From NCBI GenBank assembly GCA_951406725.2, contig OX597814.1:81344001-81408000 (forward strand): 64,000 bases of DNA. Direction: 5' to 3'. Source of the DNA: Octopus vulgaris (Eukaryota). The notes beneath the pieces were generated by a model that had not been told where the DNA came from, did no database searches, and worked only from the letters and a program-made list of their open reading frames with translations. The position numbers and the translations under genes were made by a program. Below are positions 40,190 to 52,901 of this stretch, in pieces (within the stretch, counting starts at the first letter, position 1; each line of letters opens with the position of its first letter).

Positions 40190-41315
40190 AAACTTTCTCA
40201 ATCGTGGAAGTTCTTCAACACGTATTTGTAGTAAAGTGTCGGCCATAAGCATTTCACCCCAACCGAAATTAATATCGCGTCATATTCGTGGCGCTTTGAT
40301 TTATTTATTACTGCTTACTTAAAAATACAGCATTGAGTTTAGACGGGCTAGTTTACTAAATCCGTTAGGTTAGCTTTGCTGTTCTAGTAGCAGTTTAAGA
40401 CTATACTACCGTAGCGCAGAGCACCACAATAAAGTCGTTATAATTATTCATTCATTCCTCCAATAATAAACGGCACCGTATAAGGCGGCGAGCTGGCAGA
40501 AACGTTAGCACGCCGGGCGAAATGCTTAGCGGTATTTCGTCTGCCGTTACGTTCAGAGTTCAAATTCCGCCGAGGTTGACTTTGCCTTTCATCCTTTCGG
40601 GGTCGATAAATTAAGTACCAGTTGCGTACTGGGGTCGATGTAATCGACTGGCCCCCTACCCCAAAATTTCGGGCCTTGTGCCTAGAGTAGAAAAAACAAA
40701 TAAATAAATGGCACCGTATGATTATTTGCAACTATTTTTTTGTACTCTTGCTTATTGACGCTCATGTTCTAAATATCCTTGTTTATCGTCTTCATTCCCA
40801 TTTCTTCTCCAATCCTGAGATCTCTTCTACATTTAGACAGGCTAGTTTGCCAAATCTAGTTACTTATCTCTGCCGTTTTAGCAGCAGTTTAAGGCTTCAC
40901 TGTGATATTGTTGACCACCACTATAAGGATGTTATATACATCGCTCCAATGCTTTAGTATAACATCCTTATCTCGTGATTACTTGCTTCTATTCTTACAC
41001 AGCCATGTTTACGCGCCATTTATAAATATTATCTGACCTCGTCATTTCCCCCCCAAGCCTGAAATCTGTTTCGCATCTGTTCTCGGTATTCATGCCTATT
41101 CTATTCAGTAATGTTTCATTTTCTAGCCATTTCACTAATTCTTGATTGGTCTTTTGTATCATCATCATCCTTCATATTTTCCCTATTAACTTTCATTCTT
41201 ATTTGTCATGCGACACCTTTAAGTTGCATTTCTTGCATAAATTTCGTGCCTTCCCTTCTCTCGTATCTTAATTCTTATTTCTTTGCTTTCTCCACATTAC
41301 ATTTCAGTATTCTCT

Positions 41316-41357
<42 letters not shown>

Positions 41358-41430
41358 TCCCTCTCTCTCTCTATGTTATCATTGTCCTCCCAAAGCACAT
41401 CATTGTCCTCCCAAAGCTCCGATTTGGTAA
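40190..41430 (-). pseudogene. Two further tandem copies of the Helitron N-terminal remnant
   Basis: Blocks at ~40320-40830 and ~40830-41430 are colinear with 36270-37240. Confidence 0.5.
40484..40695 (+). mobile_element. Young family A SINE inserted in a Helitron-remnant copy
   Basis: Intact CpGs; TSD ataaacggcaccgtat / ataaatggcaccgtat. Confidence 0.9.
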
Positions 41431-41582
41431 TAAATTATTTATGAAGCAGTTGATAAAACACTTGGTAAAACACTCCGTTACATATACATAATTTACGAAG
41501 AAAGTGAAGATGAGTCTCTTAATATACAGATGGTTGGAGAAACTGTTTTCCTAGAAAACCCGTTACAGACATTTTAAATACA

Positions 41583-41984
41583 AAGCTAATTTAAGTAATA
41601 ATAGTCTTACTTCTTCCTCGTGCGTCTACGACTTGCAATCTTCCCTGAAGATATCTTCGTATCTTCTGAAGTACGCCGCAAATGTTATACCCTCCTCTGG
41701 GTTGTAATTGAATAATACTATAGAATCCGATACGCCATTTAGTGAAAACGAACTTATAGTGTTTCCGGACTTCTTTATTAATTCCAGCAACTGTTGTTCA
41801 GCCCTTGAGTATTGTTGTTCGACTCTTGGGTACTGTTGTTCTACTCTTGCTGTTGTAATTGTTGCTGCAACTCCTGTTGCTTTTGCAACTGTAATACAGA
41901 AGCTAATAGGTCTTCCATAATTAATAACTTTGTATCACAAAAATTTGTTAACTGACCTGCGTGTGCTTCGATTCCTCATCGCCA
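41583..41984 (-). mobile_element. Truncated Mag/K02A2.6-like Gypsy 5' end: tRNA-Ser-like PBS and gag N-terminus
   Basis: PBS TGGCGATGAGGA (41973-41984, minus strand); MEDLLASVLQLQKQQELQQQ...FNYNPEEGITFAAYFRRYEDIFREDCKS*THEEEVRLLLLKL. Confidence 0.75.
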
Positions 41985-42445
41985 ATATTTTTGTATCGCT
42001 AATTGTTATGACGATACGTTTTTACACTGTAACCGTGTAGTAACAATAAAATATGTAACGAAACAAGGGTAACAACAACGTAGCAATCCAACAAACTTTC
42101 CACGAACTATATACAAACCAACAAACAACATTCCCACTAACAACCAAAATGACACTTTGCGACTTCCTGCGATGAACGCCTACTCTGTCTTTATTTTGGG
42201 ACTGCGACCATTCACACAGACGGGACTGCACAAGGACAGACAGAAAACCACAACGGGAACAAAAACACAAAACGAATGAAAATGAGAAAGATGTTATATA
42301 ATAATGAAAATGAAATGGCTGCATGAGCCCCATTCTCATGCAGTACCATTTGAACGTTTAAACGCACAGTTTATAATCTTTTCTTTTTTCCTTTGTTTTT
42401 TCCATTATCATCGGGTTTTTTTTCCTTTTTTTAATTTAAACAATT

Positions 42446-43002
42446 TGTAGTGACGCTATACAACAGCGCGCGCGCGCAACGCCCTTTTCTGATTCGCGCG
42501 TGTTTTCATCAACAGAAGAGGGAACATTGCTATCGTGGAATTAGCTGATTGGCTAGGAAAAGCGACCCTTAGAAAAGAGGCAAGGGAACGCAAAAACCTT
42601 GACCATCAGCGTCCAGCAGTGACAGCAGAAGGCCTTTGATACCAGCAGACGTATATTTCCCTCTGTCCGAATTTGATAGCAGTCGGCTGAAGACTTTAAC
42701 CAAAATTGTTGCAGACAACATCGTCTTCATTATTCCGCGGCCATCTTTAACCCGTTCTGTTTTTAGCGGCTGAACATTGTAAATCTTACAAGCGATTAAC
42801 TTTCAGCCTTGCGCGCCCAGAACCAAGGATATCAGATATACCGCTGATTTCTCACCGGTAAAAAACAATAAAGTATATCTATTTTTTACGTCTGCGTTTT
42901 GTGTTTCTTTGACTGGTAGAATCTGGATTGTTAAAGCAACGGAAAGTGATTGCTTCTCGCACCCCCAAAAGGTCCAGAGAAGATATTCACATTTTCCTTA
43001 CA
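42446..43002 (+). repeat. 5' LTR (557 bp)
   Basis: Near-identical to the 3' LTR; AATAAA at ~42868. Confidence 0.97.
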
Positions 43003-43003
43003 G

Positions 43004-43015
43004 TGGTGACCCCCG
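43004..43015 (+). promoter_or_regulatory. Primer-binding site, tRNA-Trp-like
   Basis: TGGTGACCCC(C)G immediately after the 5' LTR. Confidence 0.8.
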
Positions 43016-43451
43016 AAGTTCCAGAGAACACTCAACAAAAAGAAAAAAATCCAGTTTTTCTGCCAAGTCTGAAACACGACCAACCTGTTTTCCAGTCACT
43101 TTCAACAGTTTGTTTCTTCATCTGCACTCACGCACGGAAGAAAAAAAAAAGAGAAGAAATTTTTTTTTCTCGATTAAAACGCGACGAAGGTTGGTAAAAC
43201 AAAAAAAAGAAAAGAATTTTTTCTATTCTCTGTGCACACAGTACAAACAAAAAAACAAAAAAAAAACATTTTTTTTTTGTAAATTGCACATTCAAAATTT
43301 ATTGGTTCAATTGTTAGTCTTTCTTTCTTTCTTTCTTTCTTCCTTTCTTTTTCCCTTTGTTTTTTCCTTGTTGCGTCTGTTCAGCGTTAGTTCGTTGTCA
43401 GTTTTGTTTTTTCCATTTGACAGAGTCATCTAGTGAATAAAAGGCTACAAA

Positions 43452-44163
43452 ATGTTTATGGGTTCGTTACCTACTTTTACAGGTGATGCCACACTGTGGT
43501 TTTCACAGTTAGAGGCACAATTTCGTGCACAAAGTATTACTCCCGAGCAGCAGTTGCAAATCCTTTATGGTTGCATGCCGCCTCAACTGGCATCTACAGC
43601 AAGAGACCTTATCACAGACCCTAGTCCAGGCGCTACTTATGCGTCTGTTAAATTAGAGGTAGAGAAAAGAAATACACGAAGCGAGGAAAGTCGTTTCAAC
43701 GAATTAATGGCAGATGAGGAACTCGGAGACAGGACTCCGTCAGAATTCTTACGAAGACTGAGGGAGTTAAGTGGTAATGCATCAGAAGATTTTTTTTTCG
43801 AGGTTGCCCGCCTATATACAGACCGTTTTGGCAACCGGCTTAGAGACAAATACAGTGGACCAAATAGCAACGATGGCTGATAAGATGGTTGAATTTGCCG
43901 TTCAACCATCGTCACGGTCTGCTTGTGCCTGTTCACAAACTTCTTCGGCCTCAATTGAGGGGCTTTCTAAACTAATAGAAACCCTCACTAAAAGGATGGA
44001 CGCGATGTGTCGCGATGGTAAGCGATCTTCAAAATCGCGGAGTCGCAGTCGTTCATCCTCGAGATCAACACAGTCTAAGTCTGGACTGTGTTGGTACCAC
44101 TCCAAGTATGGAGAGAATGCACATAGGTGCACACAGCCATGCACTTATAAGTCTTTAAACTAG
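43452..44163 (+). pseudogene. gag: gag, with one frameshift near 43785-43798
   Basis: LPTFTGDATLWFSQLEAQF...LGDRTPSEFLRRLREL / IFFSRLPAYIQTVL...RSRSRS...CWYHSKYGENAHRCTQPC. Confidence 0.9.
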
Positions 44164-44195
44164 ATTCGGAGAATTTGAGCACGTCAACTTCCTCC
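44154..44195 (+). promoter_or_regulatory. -1 programmed ribosomal frameshift signal (T TTA AAC plus downstream hairpin)
   Basis: Heptamer in X XXY YYZ phase directly before the gag TAG; pol is in the -1 frame and open from the heptamer; ggag...ctcc stem 7 nt downstream. Confidence 0.8.
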
Positions 44196-47100
44196 ACAAC
44201 ATTTTCTAGTTATCGTGCATTCTTTGTTAAGGATCTAGTGTCGAAGAAAAACTTCATGGTGGACACTGGTTCTTGTTGCAGTATTTGGCCACTGCGTTGC
44301 ACAACCGACAGGCCAAAACGATCTAACGTCATCTTGCACGCTATTGACTCGTCACCAATAGCCACATTCGGTCAGATCTCGTTACGCCTTGATATTAATC
44401 TTCGTCGAGACTTTCAATGGGTTTTTGTCATTGCCGACATTCCGCATCCTATTTTAGGTGCGGATTTTCTGGATAAATTTGATTTGTTGGTAGATGTCAG
44501 ACGTCGGAGGTTGGTCGATAGTTCGACTACACTCTCCACGCCGACCGGAGAATCTACCAATTTAGCTCTTAGCCCGACATTTTTTGTCGGTACATTTGGA
44601 GATGTTTTTCACTCTCTTTTAGCTTCTTTTCCAGAGCTATATGATGTTACCTTTAGGGTGGCTAAGCCATTGCATTCGACACGACACTTTATAACAACAA
44701 CTGGACCGCCTGTTTTCTCGCGTCCAAGGCGTCTTGCACCTGATCGACTTAAAACTGCTAGGGCTGAGTTTGAGCATATGCTCCAGCTCGGTCTGATACA
44801 CCCCTCCACCAGTCCATGGGCATCTCCCCTTCATTTAGTAAGAAAAGGGGATACAGATTTTCGCCCGGTGGGAGATTATCGGCGTCTAAATTCGGTGACG
44901 ATTCCGGACAAATATCCCATAAGGATTTTAAACGATTTTTCGGCAAATTTACATGGCTGTACTATTTTTTCTAAGGTTGACCTCATACGTGCCTACCATC
45001 AAATACCGGTCAACTCAGACGATATTCCTAAAACAGCAATTACTACTCCTTTTGGCTGTTTCGAATTTTTATTTATGAGTTTTGGTTTGAGGAATGCCAC
45101 TAGTACTTTCCAACGGTTTATAGATGAAGTTGTTCGCGGACTTGATTTTGTGTTCGCGTATGTCGATGATATTCTAATCGCAAGTGATACGCATGAAAAT
45201 CATCTCCTGCACTTGTCTCAGCTTTTTCAGCGTCTTCGCGACTATGGTGTTCGCATTAATCCAGACAAGTGTGTTTTTGGGCAACCATCTCTTAATTTTC
45301 TCGGTCATTATATTGACTCGAGAGGAATCAAACCACTCTCATCCAAAGTCGATGCTATTCAGCGCATCGCACCACCTTCTTCTTTGCGTCAACTTCGCCA
45401 TTCTTTAGGCATAGTAAATTTCTATAGACGTTTCATAGATCGGTGTGCGGACAAGTTGTTACCTTTAACACAGATGCTAAAGGGCAATTCCAAGAAGGAC
45501 GCCCGTCTTGCTCTTTCGGCTGAAGCACTATCTGCCTTTAATTTAGTTAAAAAGGAACTAGCTTCAATCCCTAGTTTGGCACATCCGGCTCCTAATGCTC
45601 CACTTACTTCATCTGTGGACGCATCAGAGTCTGCAATTGGCGCTGTTTTGCAGCACACCGTAGAGGGTGAAGTTAAACCTTTAGCTTTCTTTTCTTGTCA
45701 GCTAAAGCCAGCTGAACACAGATATAGTACTTTTGATCGAGAGTTACTAGCGATCTATCTGTCAGTTCAGCATTTTCAACACCAGCTCGAGGGACGAGAG
45801 TTTGTGATTTATACTGATCACAAGCCCCTTACTTTTGCATTATCTTCTAAAACGGATAAACTCTCTCCTCGTGCTTTCCGTCACCTGGACTATATTTCCC
45901 AATTTACAAGTGACATTAGGCATGTGCCAGGCAGTGAGAACGTCCCTGCAGATGCTCTCTCTAGACTCCCTGTCAATTCCATTTCCTCTCCTGCAGCAAT
46001 TGATTTAACTGCTATTTCGCAGGACCAACCACCTTTAGAGGAGTTGGATTTAACTTCGCCTAAGTTTATTAACTGTAAGTTTGACTACCTTCCGCTCCCT
46101 ACAGCGGAAGGCTCTATTCTTTGTGACGTTTCTACCGGTTCACCTAGACCATTAGTACCTGAGAAACATCAACGTTCTGTGTTTGATGCTCTTCATTCAC
46201 TGTCACATCCAGGTATCTCTGCCACAGTAAAGCTTGTTACTGCTCGGTTCTTCTGGCCCAATATGCGACGATCAATTACCTCTTGGGCACGCTCTTGTTT
46301 GAGGTGCCAGAGTGCTAAAGTCCATAGACACGTTCGTGCTCCACTTGGACAATTTTCCTCTCCTGAAGCCCGTTTTCGCCATATCCACCTTGATTTGGTT
46401 GGACCATGGCCTGTGAGTCGCGGGTTCTCATACATTTTAACTTGTATTGATCGCTTTTCACGCTGGCCGGAAGCTATTCCTATAGCAGACATTTCAGCTG
46501 AAACTGTTGCGAGGGCTTTCGTATCTAATTGGATTTCGAGGTATGGTGTACCGTAGAGTTTAACCACAGATCGTGGTCGACAATTCGAGTCTGCATTGTT
46601 TCGTGAGTTATCACGAATCCTGGGGATGCATCATATACGCACCACAAGTTACCACCCCGCTTCTAATGGGATGGTGGAGCGTTTCCATAGGCAACTTAAG
46701 GCCGCTTTGCGTGCCTCGCCGAATCCACAGTCATGGACTGAATTTCTACCGATCGTCCTGCTTGGATGTCGGACTGCGATTAAAGCAGACCTTGGTTTTT
46801 CGTCTGCCGAGCTCTTGTATAGTACCACACTGGCATTGCCTGGTACGATGTTGGTGCCAGACAAGTCACAGTCTCTTAATTTAGAGTCTTATGTTGCTCG
46901 ATTACGCAGATATTTTTCTGCCCTTCCTCCTATGGACCCTCGACACCAAAATCCTCCTTCTAGTGTGCCATCAGACCTTAATTCTTGGACGCATGTTTTT
47001 ATTCGTGATGATTCTGTCAAAGAACCTCTTGTTTCTCCTTATAAAGGACCTTTTCGTGTGATTTCTCGCACGCCGAAGGTATTCAAACTTGAAATTAACG

Positions 47101-47366
47101 GTCGTTCGGAGACCGTCTCCGTAGATCGTCTTAAAAGGGCATATTTTGAGGTGTCCACATCTTTTAATGACCCCACTGCCACAACCATCGTTGAACCTTC
47201 ACATGCACCTTTGACAACACCACTATTTACACATGCACCATTATCAACACCAACATCGACAACACCACCTTCGTCGTCGCAGCCTGCCTCGAACAGACCT
47301 TATGTTACGAGGTCAGGCAGAACTGTTCACTGGCCGAAAAAACTTTCCAAAACTATTTATATTTGA
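44175..47366 (+). pseudogene. pol: pol (protease, RT, RNase H, integrase) with a single in-frame TAG at 46554-46556
   Basis: VDTGS, YVDD, DAS...DRELLA...DHKPL, HxxxH..CxxC, DLVG..TTDRG..GMVERFH; both ORFs are in the same frame. Confidence 0.95.
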
Positions 47367-47577
47367 CATTTTCAATTGTCTTCCCAGTGACAGTTCAATA
47401 CTCATTGAACTTTGCTCATTTTGAGTATTTTTTCTCTTTTTACCTTTTAGGTGAATTTTTTTGTTGTTGTTTTAATGTATTATATTGTGTGTTATTTTGG
47501 TTGTCTGGTATCCACCTTGAGTTTTGCAGTCACTACAAGAAGTTTGCTTCGTGCATACGCACTTGTGGGGGAGCCTT

Positions 47578-48143
47578 TGTAGTGACGCTATACAACAGCG
47601 CGCGCGCGCAACGCCCTTTTCTGATTCGCGCGTGTTTTCATCAACAGAAGAGGGAACATTGCTATCGTGGAATTAGCTGATTGGCTAGGAAAAGCGACCC
47701 TTAGAAAAGAGGCAAGGGAACGCAAAAACCTTGACCATCAGCATCCAGCAGCGTCCAGCAGTGACAGCAGAAGGCCTTTGATACCAGCAGACGTATATTT
47801 CCCTCTGTCCGAATTTGATAGCAGTCAGCTGAAGACTTTAACCAAAATTGTTGCAGACAACATCGTCTTCATTATTCCGCGACCATCTTTAACCCGTTCT
47901 GTTTTTAGCGGCTGAACATTGTAAATCTTACAAGCGATTAACTTTCAGCCTTGCGCGCCCAGAACCAAGGATATCAGATATACCGCTGATTTCTCACCGG
48001 TAAAAAACAATAAAGTATATCTATTTTTTACGTCTGCGTTTTGTGTTTCTTTGACTGGTAGAATCTGGATTGTTAAAGCAACGGAAAGTGATTGCTTCTC
48101 GCACCCCCAAAAGGTCCAGAGAAGATATTCACATTTCCTTACA
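47578..48143 (+). repeat. 3' LTR (566 bp), preceded by PPT ggggga
   Basis: Differs from the 5' LTR by about 2 substitutions, a 10-nt duplication and a 1-nt indel (by eye). Confidence 0.97.
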
Positions 48144-48947
48144 AATTTTACTTACTTTTTTTTAATATTTCATAAATGGTTCCAATTCATTCAGCTCCAC
48201 CACTGGCGGTAGTTCATCGAACTCTACCACAACTTCCGGCGGACCAACGCCCCTCCACACACTTCCTCCAGCCTGTTATATCTATCCTTATCGACTACAA
48301 CAGCCCTCACACTCTACGAGCAAACATCCGTAGGCAACTCCACCCCCACAATGGATTCGAACTTCATTATCTTTCTCTCAGTTTCCATGCTCCCAGCGCA
48401 TGTAACGAAACTCCACCCATGCTTCTTCGCTTCCCCCACTCGATTTCTCCTTCCCTGCTCCACTCCTTGCACCATCTCCCCGTCCCCACCCTCTCCATCC
48501 TGGTTATTTTTCACCCTCGTGCTATTGTCCACCTAAATATTTCTCCTCCACTGGTATAGCCAGCGTCCCCGCCACAGTCTCCTCTTTCCCAAAGTCCTCC
48601 TCAAGCTCCTCCTCAAGATCTTTCTCGATCTCCTTATCAATCACCTCCTGACCTTCCTCCCTTTCGACCTCCTTCCCAACCTCCTCAACACCCATCCATT
48701 TCAAAGACGACTTCCTTCAACATTTTTTAAAAATAGAATATACATTAATAAATATTAACAAAACACTATCAATCCACGTGCAAGTTCCATATCCAATAAA
48801 CATTTCATTTCTAGCTTTAATTCAATTCTGCACTCTTAAAATATGATCACTGTCCCACGTAATATATCAAACTGAAAATTTTGTATCCAAGATATACCGT
48901 TACACATTTGTCTTTACAAAGGAATTTAGAAAGACTTTATTAATATG

Positions 48948-49900
48948 TGTAAGAACGACCTTGCGAAGGAGAGGTGACGATGAATGGCTCCATTAATACA
49001 TCGCACGGTCGATTACAACAAATACGAAAAGTAAGAATGAGTACAAGTGCCAGAAGGAAAAGAGAGACACAACCGGTAGAATGTTAAAAGAAGATTTTAT
49101 TGATAGGTTAATATGTCTGTATGTGCGTCATAAGTACATATAATAGACAGGCTGTCATGTATACAAAGTGTATGTGTACAAATATGTATGTATGCGTGTG
49201 CAATAAGTACAGAGCATTGAAAGAGTCTATAATAGAACGCTAGAAGAATGTTCAGACACAAGGATGATTAAATACCAGTTCGTAGTCAAGGTACATGATA
49301 GTGAAATGCTGTAACAAGAAGTTGAGGTGAAGAAGCAGAGCCGGTTGAGGCACATATCGTGCGTGAAGCTGTGGCTACTATGCTGCTGCCGGTCACTTGA
49401 TACAGGAAGTTCCTGTATGTTGTATTTACTGTTAACAATGGTGAAGTGATTCACGAACAGTGTTGAGATGAACCTGAGCGAATGTTGCTGGCTGCTGTGT
49501 ACGTAAAGAGATGTTGTTGACGAGGTTAAGAAGATGATGAAAGCAACGAAGAAGGAGACTGCCGTATGCTGTTGGTCGAGTGCTGCTGCGTCTTTACGTA
49601 GCTGCTGTTGTCTGTCGCTGGAATTGGCTGTGTGCTCTGTGGTCAGTGGTTAGACCTTAGAAGGTCTGGAACCGAAAGATGAAATACGGTGTTGAAACTA
49701 GCATTTTATACCATTCTATCGGTGCAAACTGAGGTTTAGAAGAGACTGTGTCACGGGACCTTATCAGAAAGCTGCGATTGGTTGGGTTGCACATGGGCGC
49801 GTAATAGAGCAAGAGACAAATTGCGCCAATACCAACCAGTCGTCAGAGTAGTGAACACAACAGGGTGCAAAAGAGCGGCCGAAGGCTACCTGTTATCTAC
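48948..49900 (-). mobile_element. Probable solo LTR related to 31564-32463
   Basis: Starts TGTAAG; shares taaataccagttcgta, tacaggaagtt, ctctgtggtcag, cgggaccttatcagaa and tgttatcta blocks in the same order. Confidence 0.55.
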
Positions 49901-49963
49901 TACCTCCGTTTTCATGTATATATAACAGAGAGAGAGAGAGAGCGAGTCTGCTATATATGTAAA

Positions 49964-51279
49964 CTAGCTGGACCCGTGAAAACTTCACGGAAAATATAAA
50001 AAATGTAAGCATCTTTAAAGTAACATCCAATTATAGTGTAGAAAAGTAAAAGTAACATCCAATATTGGCTGAGGACCCAGTATATAGAATACAGTAATTA
50101 ATTATATTGGAGGAAAATAAAAGTAACAACCAATATTTGCTGTGTTTATGTATCTGTCTACTCTGAAAATACTGATAAACATTTAAAAACAAAAAACGAA
50201 CGCCACCTTCCTTTCGGTCACCACTCACTCTCTCTCACTCTTTCTCTCCCACTCCCTCTCTCCCACTCCCTCTCTCCCACCCCCTCTCTCTCACTCTTTC
50301 TCTCTCACTCCCTCTCTGTTCCCCCTCTCTCTCTCGTGCTGCCACTCACTTTAACTATTATACCTCCTCTGCTTGACACCTTTTATTTCTCTTTTTCTTT
50401 CTGCCTCTCCCTTCAACTGTAGAAAAGTAACAGTATTTGCTGAGAGAGAGCGGGAAAAGAGACACACACAGACAGAGGGAAAGAGAGTGTGTGTGTTAGA
50501 GAGAGAGGCAGACAGACAGACAGATAGGTAGACAGACAGACAGACAGAGATAGGCAACATTTCTTCTTGCAATATCCATATTTTCAATGGCTTATATATC
50601 GTCCAAAACGAAAAGTTTTCCAACTTTTTCTCTATGAGAATGATTCCAGGATCTTTTCCTTTTGAACGGCAGACAATTTCTAGTTAACTAAACACTTTAA
50701 AACTTCGTACACTGGTAGAATGTGTCAAAATAAAACATTTTTTTCTCTTGGTTTTCTTGAGAAAATTGTAATTTGTTTGTTTAACGTAGTTTAATTTTTC
50801 GAATTTTAACCAATCCTATGCTCTCTTTTGAGCTAAAATCATTTGCTGCGTCTAAGTGGGAGGTTTAGGGTTAGTTACAGGATGTTGTCTCAGTTTTAGA
50901 CGCAGCAAATGATTTTAGTTGAATGGAGGTAATCGATTGGTTAAAATTGCCGAAATGCTCGGATTTTTAGACGAAATATCTTACAAACTATAGAATTTTC
51001 TCAATAAAACCAAGAGAAAATGATGTTTTATAAACACATTCTACCAGTATACGAAGTTTAAAAGTGTTTAGTTAACTAGAAATTGTGTTGACATCTGCCG
51101 TTCAAAAGGAAAAGATCCTGGTTCCATTCTCTTTCACTATTTTTCTCTACCCATTCCCATTCTCTTCCTATTAACTTCCTTCCCTCACACATGTAATCTC
51201 TCTCTCTCTCTCTCTCTTCGTCTTTGTCGGTCTCTTACTGTTTTCACCACGATCTTTCACTCAATATACATAAGTAAGC
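49964..51279 (-). mobile_element. Non-autonomous Helitron with CT-rich microsatellites and a nested MITE
   Basis: Minus-strand 3' end ccgtgaa-gtt-ttcacgg hairpin followed by gtccagCTAG|T; 5' end approximate. Confidence 0.65.
50649..51118. mobile_element. Fold-back MITE, GG..CC termini, 8-bp TSD (Merlin-like)
   Basis: ~200-bp imperfect TIRs starting ggatcttttccttttgaacggcag; TSD tgattcca / tggttcca. Confidence 0.85.
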
Positions 51280-51451
51280 TAGACGACTCTGACACTATCC
51301 ATATCGGTTTCCTCCATTCAAAAATTTCATGAATGAAGAACGCATAATTTCACAAAATCAAACAAGCGACCAAGAGATCTGTCACTGTTTTTGATCTCTA
51401 TGTCTTTTTCTCTCTTCCTCTTTCTTTATCTATCTATCGATCCATCCATGT

Positions 51452-51530
<79 letters not shown>

Positions 51531-51589
51531 CGCGCGCACGCGTATGTATGTGTGTGTGAAAATAAGGAATTTCTGACTTTATATTTCTT

Positions 51590-52330
51590 TGAAAAGAAAC
51601 GTACGAATAAATATTTGTTTATCGCTATAAAATTTCAATAAGTTTCTTTACAATACTATCATGTTCACACATGGTCAGTTGTATGTTGAGGATCCATCAG
51701 ACGTAAAGACTTTTGATGGAAAAAGTCAATTTAGTATAACAAGAGGATTATTCCAGAGGCATCCCAATTATGAAAATGAGAAAATTCACTAAAAAGTTTT
51801 GAATATACAGACATTGTTTGATTGTGTAAATTTGTTGTGGTTTCTTGCATATGATGTTGTACATAAAAAAATTCAAATAAGAATTGGTATGTATTTAGAT
51901 TTATAAAATGTTTCTTTTATTTCAATATTGTTTTAGTTAATTCTTTGTTGAATGTATATTTTAGTGATACAAAAAAATACTTATTCGGTACTTAAGAACC
52001 GTGGTCCCGGTGCGCGCACTCGTGTACTCGCGCATCCGCGCTAGCTAGTCGTGACTAGTCGATCCTTACTTTGTATTTTTGTTTTATTTACTTTATTTTA
52101 AAAATTTTATTTACTTTGTGTTTTTGTGTTTTATTTACTTTGTTTGAAAAAAATTATTTACTTTGTGTAAAAAAATTATTTATTTTGTGTTTTATTTACT
52201 TTGCTGGGTAGTCGATGTAGGATCGACTAGTCACGACTAGCTAGCGCGGATGCGCGAGTAAGCGAGTGCGCGCACTGGGACCACTCTTCTTAAGTAGTAC
52301 CTACTTATTCATGGTATAAACCAACTCGTA
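51590..52330 (+). mobile_element. Helitron 3' remnant copy
   Basis: FTHGQLYVE/DPSDVKTFDGK at ~51664-51725. Confidence 0.6.
51987..52301. mobile_element. MITE with ~80-bp GC-rich TIRs and 9-bp TSD
   Basis: TSD tacttattc on both sides; termini GGTAC..GTACC; internal tttatttactttgt repeats. Confidence 0.88.
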
Positions 52331-52901
52331 CGTATAAACAATCTCATTCAACTTCCTTTTTCAAAAGTTAATTTTGTTATCGAGTATTGATCAAGGTTTT
52401 GTAGCAGGAACATGATTGCTCTTTACCTCTAGGTACCCACATTGTTGCTCATTAGTTTTCGCTACCTATTTATGTTTTGTCACGAGATGGTCAAGTCTAT
52501 TTGGCTTTGCACGTATTGTCCACCCCTTAACGTGACAAATTAGCCAAGCATTCCTACATCAGCAATTTAAGGGACGGCTATCCCCTAATTCCTGAGGGAG
52601 GTCAGTTGGCTACGAACGAGTTGGATTTTCGACAATGAGAGTAATGTATTCCACTTTGCAGCGGCAGGGAGAAGAGATTTGCGACCAGAATCTTTGACAT
52701 TATGTTTTGCGTTTCTTCTAACACTTATCTTCAACTTCGAGAATCATGTTGAAACCATGTAATGTTCTTAACAGAGTTCTACTTGTTGTGCCAGTTGATG
52801 TGTTCATTTTAACGACGGAAATAAATGTTGCAATGCGATCAATTTTAACTTGCCTTTGTATTTTCTTATCGATATTCATCCTGACTTATATTAACCAGAA
52901 G

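Larger units (their letters stand above)
42446..48143 (+). mobile_element. Near-intact Ty3/Gypsy LTR retrotransposon, CsRn1-like
   Basis: TG..CA LTRs; 4-bp TSD AATT (42442-45 / 48144-47); tRNA-Trp-like PBS; PPT; gag with CHCC knuckle; PR-RT-RH-IN domain order. Confidence 0.97.

Noticed and set aside
42909-43433. 174-aa ORF upstream of gag
   Set aside because: Spans the LTR, PBS and an A/T-tract leader; low complexity (K/F runs); non-ATG start
46554-46556. Programmed stop read-through in integrase
   Set aside because: It lies inside the DDE core with no known read-through context; a nonsense mutation is simpler
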